From Candidatus Hadarchaeales archaeon (GTDB taxonomy: Archaea; Hadarchaeota; Hadarchaeia; Hadarchaeales; Hadarchaeaceae), in the NCBI GenBank assembly GCA_038851075.1, contig JAWCLG010000002.1, positions 38,818 to 102,817 on the forward strand: a stretch of 64,000 bases of DNA, given 5' to 3'. The first letter of the stretch is position 1. The number at the start of each line of letters is the position of its first letter. Both the position numbers and the translations under genes were made by a program. This document shows, piece by piece, positions 19,821 through 29,316 of the stretch. The notes below the pieces were generated by a model that was not told the DNA's origin, did no database searches, and was given only the letters and a program-made list of their open reading frames with translations.

Positions 19821-21214
19821 AATCTCTCCTCCAGAATGGCCGAAACCGAATCGATAAACTTGTTCATATCATCCTCTGTATGAAGTTCTGTTGCGCAGAC
19901 AAGTGATGTCTCTCCAAGCTCAGGGAACTCTCTCTTAAGCGGTTTACCTCCATGAACTCCCCTCATCAGAAGCTCCGAATTCATCTTTTCAATGCCGATC
20001 TCCTTTGAAACAATTTTCATTGTGAACTCATTGAAGTGCGGCGATTCGAATACGGGAGCAACAACGCCGCTTATTCTTCCAAGTCTCTTCATCAAGAATT
20101 TTGCATTGGAGGCGCAGATTTCTGCCACATCCCTGAGACCTCTAGGACCCATTGATGCGAGGTATATCGCGGCGGCTATTGCACAAAGCGTTTCATTCGA
20201 GCATATGTTGGATGTCGCTCTCTCTCGCCTTATGTGCTGTTCCCTTGTCTGAAGCGCCATTACAAATCCTCTGGTCTTTCCATCAACCGTGGTCGTCATT
20301 CCAGAAATTCTTCCGGGCAATGACCTTATCATCTTCTCCTCTCCCCTGCACGCGAAAAGGCCAAGCGCGGGGCCTCCAAAGCTCACCGGATTGCCAAGCG
20401 GCTGTCCCTCTCCAACAACTATGTCCGCGCCGTACTCGCCCGGTGGTTTCAGGAGTCCAAGCGAGATTGGATTGACCCCAACCACGAACATCGCCCCAGC
20501 CTCATGCGCCATTCGCTCTATTTCGTCCACCTGAACTTCAAGGAATCCGAGATAAGCGGGGTTCTCTATGTATACTCCCGCGGTGTTTTTGTCCAGTTTT
20601 CTCTTAAGGTCTTCCAAATCCACATTCCCGGTTTTTTTATTGTGACCAACTCTGACTATCTCAAGGCCTGCCCCTGAGGAGTAATTTTTGAGCACAGAAA
20701 GACGATCACGTGACATTATATCGGGTACCAGGAATCTTTCCCTTTCGGTAACGCGGGCGCACATCAGGGCTGCTTCTCCAAGGGCCGTTGCCCAATCATA
20801 CATAGACGCATTTGCCACATCCAATCCCACAAGCTCACATATCATGCTCTGGTACTCGAAGAGAGCCTGCAGGACACCTTGGCTGACCTCCGCCTGGTAA
20901 GGTGTGTAGGAAGTTAGGAACTCTGCCCTTGAAACAAGAGCTTTAACGTGCGCGGGAACGTAGTGGGGCCAGACACCGCCGCCGAGAAAAACTGGAAATT
21001 TGGTGAAGGGGACGTTTTTTGAGAGAATCTCCGTAACATGCCTCCTAACCTCCTGCTCCGACATTCTGGGCGGAAGACTGAGCGGACGCTTTAGTCTGAC
21101 CTCTTCTGGGATATCTGAAAAAAGATCTTCTACGCTGTTCACTCCTATATCGACAAGCATCTCTTCTCTAATCCTCTTGAAGCTGGGGATATAGTGGTGG
21201 CTCATCTTCTGCAC
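19817..21214 (-). CDS. gcvPA: Glycine dehydrogenase (decarboxylating) subunit 1
   Basis: 465 aa N-terminal P-protein subunit. Stop and start overlap with gcvPB, indicating an operon. Confidence 0.9.
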   Translation of the reverse strand: MQKMSHHYIPSFKRIREEMLVDIGVNSVEDLFSDIPEEVRLKRPLSLPPRMSEQEVRRHVTEILSKNVPFTKFPVFLGGGVWPHYVPAHVKALVSRAEFLTSYTPYQAEVSQGVLQALFEYQSMICELVGLDVANASMYDWATALGEAALMCARVTERERFLVPDIMSRDRLSVLKNYSSGAGLEIVRVGHNKKTGNVDLEDLKRKLDKNTAGVYIENPAYLGFLEVQVDEIERMAHEAGAMFVVGVNPISLGLLKPPGEYGADIVVGEGQPLGNPVSFGGPALGLFACRGEEKMIRSLPGRISGMTTTVDGKTRGFVMALQTREQHIRRERATSNICSNETLCAIAAAIYLASMGPRGLRDVAEICASNAKFLMKRLGRISGVVAPVFESPHFNEFTMKIVSKEIGIEKMNSELLMRGVHGGKPLKREFPELGETSLVCATELHTEDDMNKFIDSVSAILEERL

Positions 21215-21658
21215 TTAGCCAGATGTTTTCAAATACTCTTTGTATTGGCTGGCGTTCATCAGATTTTTAAGCTCAACGTCAAGATTCTTTGCGCTTATCG
21301 CGCATATCCATCCTTCATTATAAGGATCTGTGTTTATCAATTCGGGGCGTTCTTTGAGAACTCTGTTAACTTCAAGTATCGTTCCACTTACCGGGGCATA
21401 TACCGCCGAAACTGCTTTAATTGACTCTAGAACCGCAATCTCCATATCCCTCCCCTTTTTTTCCTCAAGCTGTCTGACTGCCTGGCCCTCTGCCGGAAGC
21501 TCAACGTAAACTATGTCCCCCAGCTTTGACTGTGCGTAATCTGTGACCCCCACTCTCACCATGGTGCCCTCTATCTTCGCCCACTCATGATCTCTCGTGT
21601 AATAGAGACCCTCAGGAATTTTTGTTTCAACTCTGCTCATATCTTGCACCTTTTCCAC
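21215..21658 (-). CDS. gcvH: Glycine cleavage system H protein (lipoyl carrier)
   Basis: Lipoyl-lysine motif LESIKAVSAVYAPVSG. The probable start is MSRVETKIP at 21640. Confidence 0.9.
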   Translation of the reverse strand: MEKVQDMSRVETKIPEGLYYTRDHEWAKIEGTMVRVGVTDYAQSKLGDIVYVELPAEGQAVRQLEEKKGRDMEIAVLESIKAVSAVYAPVSGTILEVNRVLKERPELINTDPYNEGWICAISAKNLDVELKNLMNASQYKEYLKTSG

Positions 21659-21661
21659 TAT

Positions 21662-22672
21662 TCAACCTGCAGTAAAAACCCTATCCCCCATCTCTTTCTT
21701 TATTCTTTCTATCTCAACCAAGGATGGTGGTCGGGGGTAGTTGTAAATCGGCCCTCGAGGAGATTCATTGAAAAACGGCCTGTTACAATGCGGACAACCG
21801 GATGTCATGAAAGGCTTCCCCGTGCTCACTATTCCGTCTAACCTTTTCTCCTTGATCCCAAAGCTAATTATCCTTCCGCCTCTGAATTCAAAGTCCTCCA
21901 CCCTCGCAAGTTCACATGAAACAAGATACCGGATCACCTGAACCCTCCGATACGTTCTTATCTCCGGCTGGGGTCTGTTTTCCAATGGTGTTCCCCTCAC
22001 CGGAAAAAACGCGAAGAGCCCCGTATCTACTCCAAGGTCATGCATCTGCTGAATTGTTCTCGCAATTTCCACCTCGCTCTCTCCTAATCCGACGATAAGG
22101 TGTGTGGTCGCCTTGCCGAAAACCCTTCGTGCTTCGACTAGGGCCTCAATATGCTTCGTCCAAGTATAGTACGGCCCCTTCATCCTTGCGAAGATGGCAG
22201 GAGCTGAACAGTCAAGTGGGATACACATCCTCTCAGCTCCAGCCTCTCTGAGGGCTTCTATCCCTTCAAGGCTCAAAGGCGGACAGCATACTGATATCGG
22301 GGCGCCGCAAACTTCGCTCAATTCCCTGACCGTCTGGAGGAGATCAGGGAAAGAATTTTTGTAGTTAACCTGCTGAACACATATTCTCCCGAAGTCCGAT
22401 CTCGCCAGCCTTTCCACCACTTCCTCGGCCCTCCACTCCGGCCAGATCACTCTCGAGACGGTAGAGGGGTCCCCCACTGCCTCCTTCGCCTTAGGACAGA
22501 ACCTGCAGTTCGACAAACATTTTCCATTTCTATCGATCATGATATGGGCGGTGGAGGGAGCCACCTCCTGCTTTCCGCCCCAGAGACCTAGGACTATTCC
22601 CGTCCCGAATGCCACTCTCAACCTTTCAACCATCTGACCCACTCTCTTGCCCCGAGAGGCACCGAACAGCAC
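21662..22672 (-). CDS. Radical SAM protein, archaeal two-component lipoyl synthase type (LipS1/LipS2 family)
   Basis: CLSNCRFC is a CxxxCxxC motif. The gene lies between a second radical SAM gene and gcvH/lplA. Archaeal lipoyl synthase is known to be a two-protein radical SAM enzyme. Confidence 0.7.
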   Translation of the reverse strand: MLFGASRGKRVGQMVERLRVAFGTGIVLGLWGGKQEVAPSTAHIMIDRNGKCLSNCRFCPKAKEAVGDPSTVSRVIWPEWRAEEVVERLARSDFGRICVQQVNYKNSFPDLLQTVRELSEVCGAPISVCCPPLSLEGIEALREAGAERMCIPLDCSAPAIFARMKGPYYTWTKHIEALVEARRVFGKATTHLIVGLGESEVEIARTIQQMHDLGVDTGLFAFFPVRGTPLENRPQPEIRTYRRVQVIRYLVSCELARVEDFEFRGGRIISFGIKEKRLDGIVSTGKPFMTSGCPHCNRPFFNESPRGPIYNYPRPPSLVEIERIKKEMGDRVFTAG

Positions 22673-23529
22673 ACGTTCATCACGCCGATCCTTATCCCCA
22701 TCCCAGATGCCTGCTCAACAGTCTGTCTGCTTGGAATCTCCATCCTGTCCACCCCTGCCATTAGGGCTTCCCGCTCGTATTCCTCTCTATAAATTCCTTT
22801 GGGCCTCATGCAACCTAGAGAGATCTCTCCAGATATTAGCCCCCTTGCCCTGGCAATCACCTCTCCGACTGATTTTGGATCTGGGGGACATACATCGTGC
22901 AGAGCTGTATCCTGAGCGGGCACGAAAATCAGAAAAACGATGACCTCAGGATCTGCCTCCGCTGCTATATCTACCGCTCTTTCCCCAAGCAGCTCCCCTC
23001 CATGCGCGCCTATACATACGTGGGGGACCACATGAGGGATGTGTCTGCGAAGATCGTTCATGACCCTCATGTAGTCTTTTGGAGTCCTGTCAAGCCCTGT
23101 CATGAGTTTTATTGTCCTGCAATCTCCAAAGAGTTCAAAGTCCACCAGATCTATACCCGCCCTGCCAAGCTCCCTCGCCAGCCAGCTTGGAACAAGTCCG
23201 GTGTGCGCCGCCAAGAAAAGGTTTGTTTCCTCCTTTATCCTCTGGATGATATCAAGGTATGAATTCAGCGGCACATATCCATCTTCATTGCACCCTCCGC
23301 TTAACAGAACTCCAAATGCCCCACTGGCCTCCAGATCCAAGCACCTGTCGTATAGATTCTCAGGGGTCAAGCACGGAATCATTCCCTTCAGGTACCTGCC
23401 CCTGCATCGCGCGCACATCAGCTCACAGCTCACGCCTGTTATGGATATCGCTGGAAACCTGTCTCCTGGAAAACTGGCAATGAAATGTCGCTGCGCAGCC
23501 TGCGTTGTTCTCACCTCATCGCGTTCCAC
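22618..23529 (-). CDS. Radical SAM protein, partner of the adjacent LipS-type protein (LipS1/LipS2 family)
   Basis: CELMCARC is a CxxxCxxC motif. Adjacent to lplA. Confidence 0.65.
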   Translation of the reverse strand: MERDEVRTTQAAQRHFIASFPGDRFPAISITGVSCELMCARCRGRYLKGMIPCLTPENLYDRCLDLEASGAFGVLLSGGCNEDGYVPLNSYLDIIQRIKEETNLFLAAHTGLVPSWLARELGRAGIDLVDFELFGDCRTIKLMTGLDRTPKDYMRVMNDLRRHIPHVVPHVCIGAHGGELLGERAVDIAAEADPEVIVFLIFVPAQDTALHDVCPPDPKSVGEVIARARGLISGEISLGCMRPKGIYREEYEREALMAGVDRMEIPSRQTVEQASGMGIRIGVMNVCCSVPLGAREWVRWLKG

Positions 23530-24266
23530 TCAACGGATGCGTATTTCCTCCTCAGCTCCAGCGCAAGCCTTAACTCATCCTCCATAATATCCCCGCGGAA
23601 AATCTCTGCCTCCATGACCTCCATGAACCCCTGAATCATGTGCTCCCTCACCTCCTTAATGTCAGGCCTTCTTTTGATCTCCCTTTCCACAGTGGTTACT
23701 CTATCGTAAACGCTCTCTATCCCCTTATCCGATATTTTTGCTCCACCGACCCTTAGTACCTCAAACATCCTCCTCACATCTGGAGAAATGAGTATAGTTC
23801 CGTGCTGCAGGACGCTCCCCCACCTCCGCGTCTGCGCGCTCCCAGAGATCTTCCTTCCTTTCACCTGGATGTCGTTTACTGGTCTGAAATCCGCCTCTAC
23901 TCCCATCCTCCTGAGGCCGGACACCAGCCCCCCGCAGATGATCTCATAGGACTCTATTATGTCCCTCGGCACGTTCTCCTCACTGCACACAAAGCTGTAC
24001 GTGAGTTCACCTTCGGAATCGTGAAAGACTGCTCCACCGCCTGTGATTCTCCTAACTACCTGCATGTGGTATCTGCCAGCTGCTTCAAGGTCGACCTCTC
24101 TGGCCAAACTCTGGAAAAAACCTATGGAAACAGCGGAGGGGGTCCATGTCCAGAATCTCAGGGTGCTCGGTGACCTTCCATTGGAGTTGAGCCTGAGCAG
24201 TGCTTCATCTATGGCCATGCTCGTGAAGGCATCGTCCCTGCGCATCGGCAAAACCCTAATCCTCAT
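23511..24266 (-). CDS. lplA: Lipoate-protein ligase A, catalytic N-terminal domain (split LplA)
   Basis: BPL/LplA fold motifs RRITGGGAVFHD and KISGSAQ. Only 251 aa; the C-terminal domain is encoded separately upstream. Confidence 0.85.
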   Translation of the reverse strand: MRIRVLPMRRDDAFTSMAIDEALLRLNSNGRSPSTLRFWTWTPSAVSIGFFQSLAREVDLEAAGRYHMQVVRRITGGGAVFHDSEGELTYSFVCSEENVPRDIIESYEIICGGLVSGLRRMGVEADFRPVNDIQVKGRKISGSAQTRRWGSVLQHGTILISPDVRRMFEVLRVGGAKISDKGIESVYDRVTTVEREIKRRPDIKEVREHMIQGFMEVMEAEIFRGDIMEDELRLALELRRKYASVEWNAMR

Positions 24267-24549
24267 GGCTCCCAGCCGCCCTCATCACTGCCTCAACCCA
24301 GTGTTCAACGTCAACCATAGGCGTCTTGGCTCCGGTCCTCCCGTAAAATCTCCTCACGGCCTCCCTCACGGCCTCCCTCTCCACGGCCACGCCGATAAGT
24401 TCTCTCTCCAGCTCGAAAAGCGCCTCCTCAGGGTACATGAAGAAATCCCCGGTGATGGATACACGTGATATTCTGTTTTCCTCGATGCCCACTTCCACCC
24501 TTATCAGTCCCTTCGGGGCCTTGAAATCCGCCCGTCCCACTACTTCCAC
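24256..24549 (-). CDS. lplB: Lipoate-protein ligase C-terminal domain protein (LplB-like)
   Basis: The C-terminal portion VEVVGRADFKAPKGLIRVEVGIEENRISRVSITGDFFMYPEE matches the LplA C-terminal domain. The proposed GTG start at 24549 is preceded by a GGGAGG motif. The annotated ORF runs to 24813 and overlaps the ABC-2 permease gene. Confidence 0.55.
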   Translation of the reverse strand: MEVVGRADFKAPKGLIRVEVGIEENRISRVSITGDFFMYPEEALFELERELIGVAVEREAVREAVRRFYGRTGAKTPMVDVEHWVEAVMRAAGSHED

Positions 24550-25322
24550 CTCGTGAGTATTTCCTCCCTTCTGAAGGTCACCTTGCTCAGGAAAAAGAGC
24601 CCAGCATCCGCTAGCCCCAGCGCCGCCGCAAAGAGTCCGAGCGAGAGCGGGTTGAGGGAAATCGAACCAATCATGTACATCATGTAGAATGCGATGAACG
24701 GCAAAATCGGGATGGAGCCGATCTGCATTGCCGCCCTGACATCGCTCACCTTGGACGAAACGAAAACGCAGAACGAAACTGAAAGGAGGGCCATCAGCGG
24801 GCAGTAGACGCAAAGCACAGCTATGGAGAGGAGATTGGGCAGAAGCAGGTGCCCCAACGCCTGAAACGTGAGCACATCCACCACGACTGTGAGGCAGACG
24901 AAGGAGAAAACCGTGGCGAGCATTGCCGGAATGAAGGCACCCAGCATCTTCCCGGCGAGAATTTCCAAATCCGTGGCTGGGGTCGCCAGGAGCGGCTCCA
25001 GCTGCCTGTTGACCTTCTCCCCCACGAAGGTGTAGGATGCTATAACTGAAGGCACCATGACCGGGATGACCATGAAAAGCAGGAGAGTCATGTTGACCAT
25101 TGCCATTACCATTGCCTCTCTGTACGGAACACCTGCTGGGGCAAACGGCGGGAGCTCTTCACTGAGTGGCAACTCCATGTTCAAAACGGGATAGATGTAC
25201 ACGATCGGCAGGACAACGGAAAGCACAAGCGGCAGCACGACCATGCCGTAAATCACATATCTGTGTTTCCTCGCGCTCGCCATGTCCTTCTTCGCTATTT
25301 CCCAGACCCTATCTCTCCTCAT
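24540..25322 (-). CDS. ABC-2 type transporter permease
   Basis: Six TM segments. The likely start is MRRDRVWEIAKKD. The annotated N-terminal extension is Arg/Trp-rich. Confidence 0.8.
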   Translation of the reverse strand: MRRDRVWEIAKKDMASARKHRYVIYGMVVLPLVLSVVLPIVYIYPVLNMELPLSEELPPFAPAGVPYREAMVMAMVNMTLLLFMVIPVMVPSVIASYTFVGEKVNRQLEPLLATPATDLEILAGKMLGAFIPAMLATVFSFVCLTVVVDVLTFQALGHLLLPNLLSIAVLCVYCPLMALLSVSFCVFVSSKVSDVRAAMQIGSIPILPFIAFYMMYMIGSISLNPLSLGLFAAALGLADAGLFFLSKVTFRREEILTRWK

Positions 25323-26232
25323 TCCTTCCCACCAGCCTGAGGTAGACCTCCTCCAGGACGTTCGGCGGCCTCGTGACATACCTTATCCTCCCGCCCGCCC
25401 CCACCACAGCGCTGACTATGGAAGGATTCACCCTGTCCGGATCCTCCACCTCCACAAGCAGCCTGTTTCCCTCTGCGCTCACCCTCCCCACGCCCCTGAC
25501 CCTCTTCAGCGCCCCCACGAACCTCCTGGCCGGACCTTCCAGATGTATCTCCGTTTTGGACCTCCCAAACTGACGCTCCAGCTCCCTCGTGGAACCAACC
25601 GCCACCAGCCTCGTGTTCAGTATTGCCACGCGATCGCATAGTCTCTCGGCCTCGTATAGGTTGTGAGTACACATCATTATCGTTCTCCTCTCCCGCTTCA
25701 GCTCCTGCACGAAATCCCTGACTATCTTCGCAGCATCAGGCGAGAGCGAGGCTGTGGGCTCGTCTAGGAACAGCACCTCGGGCTCGTGAACCATTGCCCT
25801 TATGATCGCTATCTTCTGCTGCATGCCCTTAGAAAACCTCCCCACCGGCTCATCCCTCCTTCCCCACAGCCCGACCATCCTGAGCAGCTCCTCTATGCGC
25901 CTCCTTCTTTTGGCCTCCGGCACGCCGTACATCCTGGCGTAGAAATCTAGGTTTCTGTACGCGCTAAGCTCCGGGTACAGCCCGGGGTTCTCTGGAAGGA
26001 GCCCGATGATCTCCCTTATCCTCATCGACTCCATCCCTATTTCATGTCCGCCGACAAACGCCGTCCCGGATGTGGGCCTCAGCAGGCAGCAGAGCATCCT
26101 TACAGTGGTTGTCTTCCCGGCGCCGTTAGGGCCCAGAAGCCCGAATATCTCCCCCCTCCTCACCTGCAGCGTGAGATCCTCAACTGCGGTCGTGCCGTCA
26201 TATCTCTTGGTGAGACCCGCAAGTTCGACCAT
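25309..26232 (-). CDS. ABC transporter ATP-binding protein
   Basis: Walker A GPNGAGKTT, signature FSKGMQQK, Walker B LFLDEP. The likely start is MVELAGLTKRY. Confidence 0.9.
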   Translation of the reverse strand: MVELAGLTKRYDGTTAVEDLTLQVRRGEIFGLLGPNGAGKTTTVRMLCCLLRPTSGTAFVGGHEIGMESMRIREIIGLLPENPGLYPELSAYRNLDFYARMYGVPEAKRRRRIEELLRMVGLWGRRDEPVGRFSKGMQQKIAIIRAMVHEPEVLFLDEPTASLSPDAAKIVRDFVQELKRERRTIMMCTHNLYEAERLCDRVAILNTRLVAVGSTRELERQFGRSKTEIHLEGPARRFVGALKRVRGVGRVSAEGNRLLVEVEDPDRVNPSIVSAVVGAGGRIRYVTRPPNVLEEVYLRLVGRNEER

Positions 26233-26759
26233 CACTTCAGCTTTTCCAGCCAAGCGCTCACCATCCCCTCGTTCCTGTCGCACAGTATGATTTTCTTCAG
26301 GGCCTTTGGCCTGAACCCCCTAACCGCGGAGATCATTGCCTCAGCGGCAGAGGCAAACGAAAGCCCACCGACCCCTGTGCCCATTCCAGGGAACACAATG
26401 CTTTCCGCCCCGACCTCATCCGCACACCTCAGCGCGGCCAGGACAGCCATTCTCACCTTCTCCTGGGTTGTGGGCATCGCTGGCCTCTCCATGGTTGGAG
26501 CGTGTATCACCCATCTTGCGGTGAGCCTGCCCGCGGTTGTCGCAATCGCCCTGCCGACCGGAACCGGAGCATGCCTGAGCGCCTCCTTTTCTATAACCTC
26601 CCCACCCGCCCTCTTCAGTGCCCCGGCGGCACCGCCCCCCATGTACATCAGGCTATTCGCGGGGTTACATATCGCGTCCGCCTTCATTCCCGTAATATCT
26701 CCGGTGGTCGTTTCCACCGCAAATACGCCAATCCTGCACTTTTTCACGCCACTCATCAT
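26232..26759 (-). CDS. Macro-domain (ADP-ribose binding/processing) protein
   Basis: AICNPANSLMYMGGGAAGAL matches the macro-domain NAAN...GGGV motif. 175 aa. Confidence 0.85.
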   Translation of the reverse strand: MMSGVKKCRIGVFAVETTTGDITGMKADAICNPANSLMYMGGGAAGALKRAGGEVIEKEALRHAPVPVGRAIATTAGRLTARWVIHAPTMERPAMPTTQEKVRMAVLAALRCADEVGAESIVFPGMGTGVGGLSFASAAEAMISAVRGFRPKALKKIILCDRNEGMVSAWLEKLK

Positions 26760-26818
26760 TCTTTACCTAAAGCGTTCATAATTTTATTCTCACGCCCGAT
26801 AGTACTCTTGGTGAAAAA

Positions 26819-27160
26819 ATGAAAACGAGACTGAAAACGGTGCTTTTTGACTTTATCTTCGGCGGTCTCCTGGTTGCCGGCGCTCTGCTAGTGGCCGCGT
26901 TTCTCGGACCATCTGCCGGAGGCATCCTAGCCGGAGCTCCGATAAGAACAAGCGGAGTGATTCTATTGCAGTATCTCCACAAAGGACTGGAGTCAGCCGC
27001 GGAACTCACGAGGGGAGTGCTTCTAGCTATGATTGCAAACGTTGCATTCGCCCTCGTACTTTATCTAACGATGCCGAGATACGGGATAGTTGCCGGGTTT
27101 GCTGCTTCAGGGATTACATTTGCGGTTGCCGTGTCCGCGCTCAACATGCTGGTTCCGTGA
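26819..27160 (+). CDS. Small membrane protein, hypothetical
   Basis: 113 aa with four hydrophobic segments. Confidence 0.5.
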   Translation: MKTRLKTVLFDFIFGGLLVAGALLVAAFLGPSAGGILAGAPIRTSGVILLQYLHKGLESAAELTRGVLLAMIANVAFALVLYLTMPRYGIVAGFAASGITFAVAVSALNMLVP

Positions 27161-27169
27161 CCAAGCTCA

Positions 27170-27991
27170 CTAGCGCCCCCCCATAATGGCGCGGAGAAGC
27201 TTTGCAGAGATGCCCTCAAGCGGGCTACCTTCATAAGAGCGTGATTTTAGATCCACCTCTCCAACAACCAGCTTCGCCAAATCGTTCACCACCCGTGACG
27301 CTTCGCAATCAGGGTCGTACACGATGAATGGCACACCTTCATGTTCAGCTTCTTGCACTCTTTGGTCCTCAGGAATCTCGGCGATTACCGGTACATCTCC
27401 GACCGCTCTCAACATGAATCCTTCTATTTCCTGCCGCGTGAGTTCGGATCTTCCAGTGGTTCGATTTATGACTATGCCTCTGGTCCAGGTCCCGAGCAGG
27501 TTTGCCATTCTGATTATTTTATGTCCGTCCACCATACTCGTATATGTTGGATTCAGCACGGGAATCATTTCCTTGGCTGCGGCCATTGATATTATCGTGT
27601 CCTCACCTATCCCACCGGGTGCGTCTATGAGAAGAAACTCTGTCTGCTCGAGGAGATCTGTGACTGCCTCTTCAACCTTTTCCCTTCTGACATTGGAAAT
27701 GACCTCATTGATGTCGCCGAACCTGAAGCCCATAGGCACGACTTTTATACCATAGTTTTTATAAAGGACATCGCTTACTCTTGCCCTCCCCATCAACACA
27801 TCCTGAAAAGATCGGCCTATTTTTGGCATCCCCAGAACTATCGCCAGGTTCGCCATTGTTAAGTCTGCATCGAGAATCGTGACATCTTTTCCCATGGCAC
27901 CAAGTGCTATGCCCAGATTGGCCGTAATTGTTGTCTTGCCTGTCCCTCCCTTGCCAGAGGTTATTGATATTGAACGTGGTTTGTGCCTCAC
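27170..27991 (-). CDS. MinD/ParA-family P-loop ATPase
   Basis: Deviant Walker A SGKGGTGKTT. 273 aa. Confidence 0.85.
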   Translation of the reverse strand: MRHKPRSISITSGKGGTGKTTITANLGIALGAMGKDVTILDADLTMANLAIVLGMPKIGRSFQDVLMGRARVSDVLYKNYGIKVVPMGFRFGDINEVISNVRREKVEEAVTDLLEQTEFLLIDAPGGIGEDTIISMAAAKEMIPVLNPTYTSMVDGHKIIRMANLLGTWTRGIVINRTTGRSELTRQEIEGFMLRAVGDVPVIAEIPEDQRVQEAEHEGVPFIVYDPDCEASRVVNDLAKLVVGEVDLKSRSYEGSPLEGISAKLLRAIMGGR

Positions 27992-28182
27992 CGTCCTCCC
28001 TCTTTTTAATTTGGATAGGGGCTATAAAAAGAGAAAAAAACGAGAATTTTATTGATCGAGCATACCACCGAATGCGACCAAACTTGTTGTTATTTCTCAC
28101 CAATCACCACGACAGAGAATGCTCCCCAGTTAAAACGATCGGATAAAATCGCAAAATTTATTTGCTTTGAAGAACAAACATA

Positions 28183-29313
28183 ATGATAATGGCTGGAGCG
28201 AGGGGTTCTAGAGCGATTTCATCTAGGAAAGGGAGTAAACCCGATCCTGCACGAAGAGTGGCCAGAAGCATAATTGCTTTTACATTTATAATCGTGTGTA
28301 TTTTCCTTACCCTCCTCATCCTGAATATACGAGGAATCATTGCTCTCAGGGGTTCGGACGTTTCTTTCTCTTTTTATCCATACGGTGTGTCTGTCTATGA
28401 TGTCGTGCAGTTCACCGAAAACCCAAACAATTCTAACAAGGCAATTGTGACACGGATATGGGACTTTGGAGACGGGACAACGTCAACGGAAAACGCCCCC
28501 GTACACCAGTATACCTCTCCTGGAGAGTACACTGTCTCCCTAACACTGATTGATAGTGAAGGCAAACGTGAGACATCTTCAAGAAAGATATATGTCAGTG
28601 GATCGGATTCTTCAAACTGGGTTCTAGTCTGGAGCGACGAGTTTAACGGAAATTCCGTCGATCGGAGCAAGTGGCAATTTGAATTGGGCGGGTGGGGATG
28701 GGGCAACAACGAATTGCAGTACTACACGAATGGAGGGAATGCTAAAGTCGAAAACGGTTTGTTGATTATCACGGCAAAAAAGGAGAGAATGGGAAGCTGT
28801 AATTATACATCAGCTAGATTAAAAACACAGGGTTTGTTCGATATTCAATATGGCAGGATAGAAGCCAGACTTTCTGTGCCGATGGGAGATGGACTGTGGC
28901 CTGCCTTCTGGATGCTCGGCAGGAACATTGGATCAGTCGGATGGCCAAAATGTGGAGAGATAGACATCATGGAACACATTAACAACGAAACCACAATATA
29001 TGGCACGATGCACTGGCATTACAACGGTCACGTTTCTTCAGGGGGGCAAGTGCTAAATCTAACTCCAAATTCCTTCCACGTATACGCCGTTGAGTGGGAC
29101 TCGTCCTCAATAAAGTGGTTCCAAGACGGTGTACAATACTATGAGGTACCGATTCAGAACAGCATGGATAGCACTGAAGAGTTCCACCAGCCCTTCTTTA
29201 TTATTTTGAACTTGGCGGTCGGTGGGAACTGGCCTGGCCCCCCCAGCTCAAACACGCCTTTCCCGGCGGAATATAAAATCGACTACGTCCGCGTGTTCAA
29301 ACCTACAAGCTGA
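28183..29313 (+). CDS. Membrane-anchored secreted GH16 beta-glucanase (laminarinase-like) with a PKD domain
   Basis: N-terminal TM anchor. PKD signature WDFGDGTTS...HQYTSPGEYTVSLT. GH16 catalytic motif GEIDIMEH, plus WPAFWMLG. Confidence 0.85.
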   Translation: MIMAGARGSRAISSRKGSKPDPARRVARSIIAFTFIIVCIFLTLLILNIRGIIALRGSDVSFSFYPYGVSVYDVVQFTENPNNSNKAIVTRIWDFGDGTTSTENAPVHQYTSPGEYTVSLTLIDSEGKRETSSRKIYVSGSDSSNWVLVWSDEFNGNSVDRSKWQFELGGWGWGNNELQYYTNGGNAKVENGLLIITAKKERMGSCNYTSARLKTQGLFDIQYGRIEARLSVPMGDGLWPAFWMLGRNIGSVGWPKCGEIDIMEHINNETTIYGTMHWHYNGHVSSGGQVLNLTPNSFHVYAVEWDSSSIKWFQDGVQYYEVPIQNSMDSTEEFHQPFFIILNLAVGGNWPGPPSSNTPFPAEYKIDYVRVFKPTS

Positions 29314-29316
29314 GCA

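Noticed and set aside
25319-25672. Gly/Arg-rich minus ORF and the plus ORF 25282-25641
   Set aside because: They overlap the ABC ATPase CDS and have low-complexity composition.
27759-28103. Minus-strand ORF of 114 aa
   Set aside because: It overlaps the MinD-like gene out of frame on the same strand.
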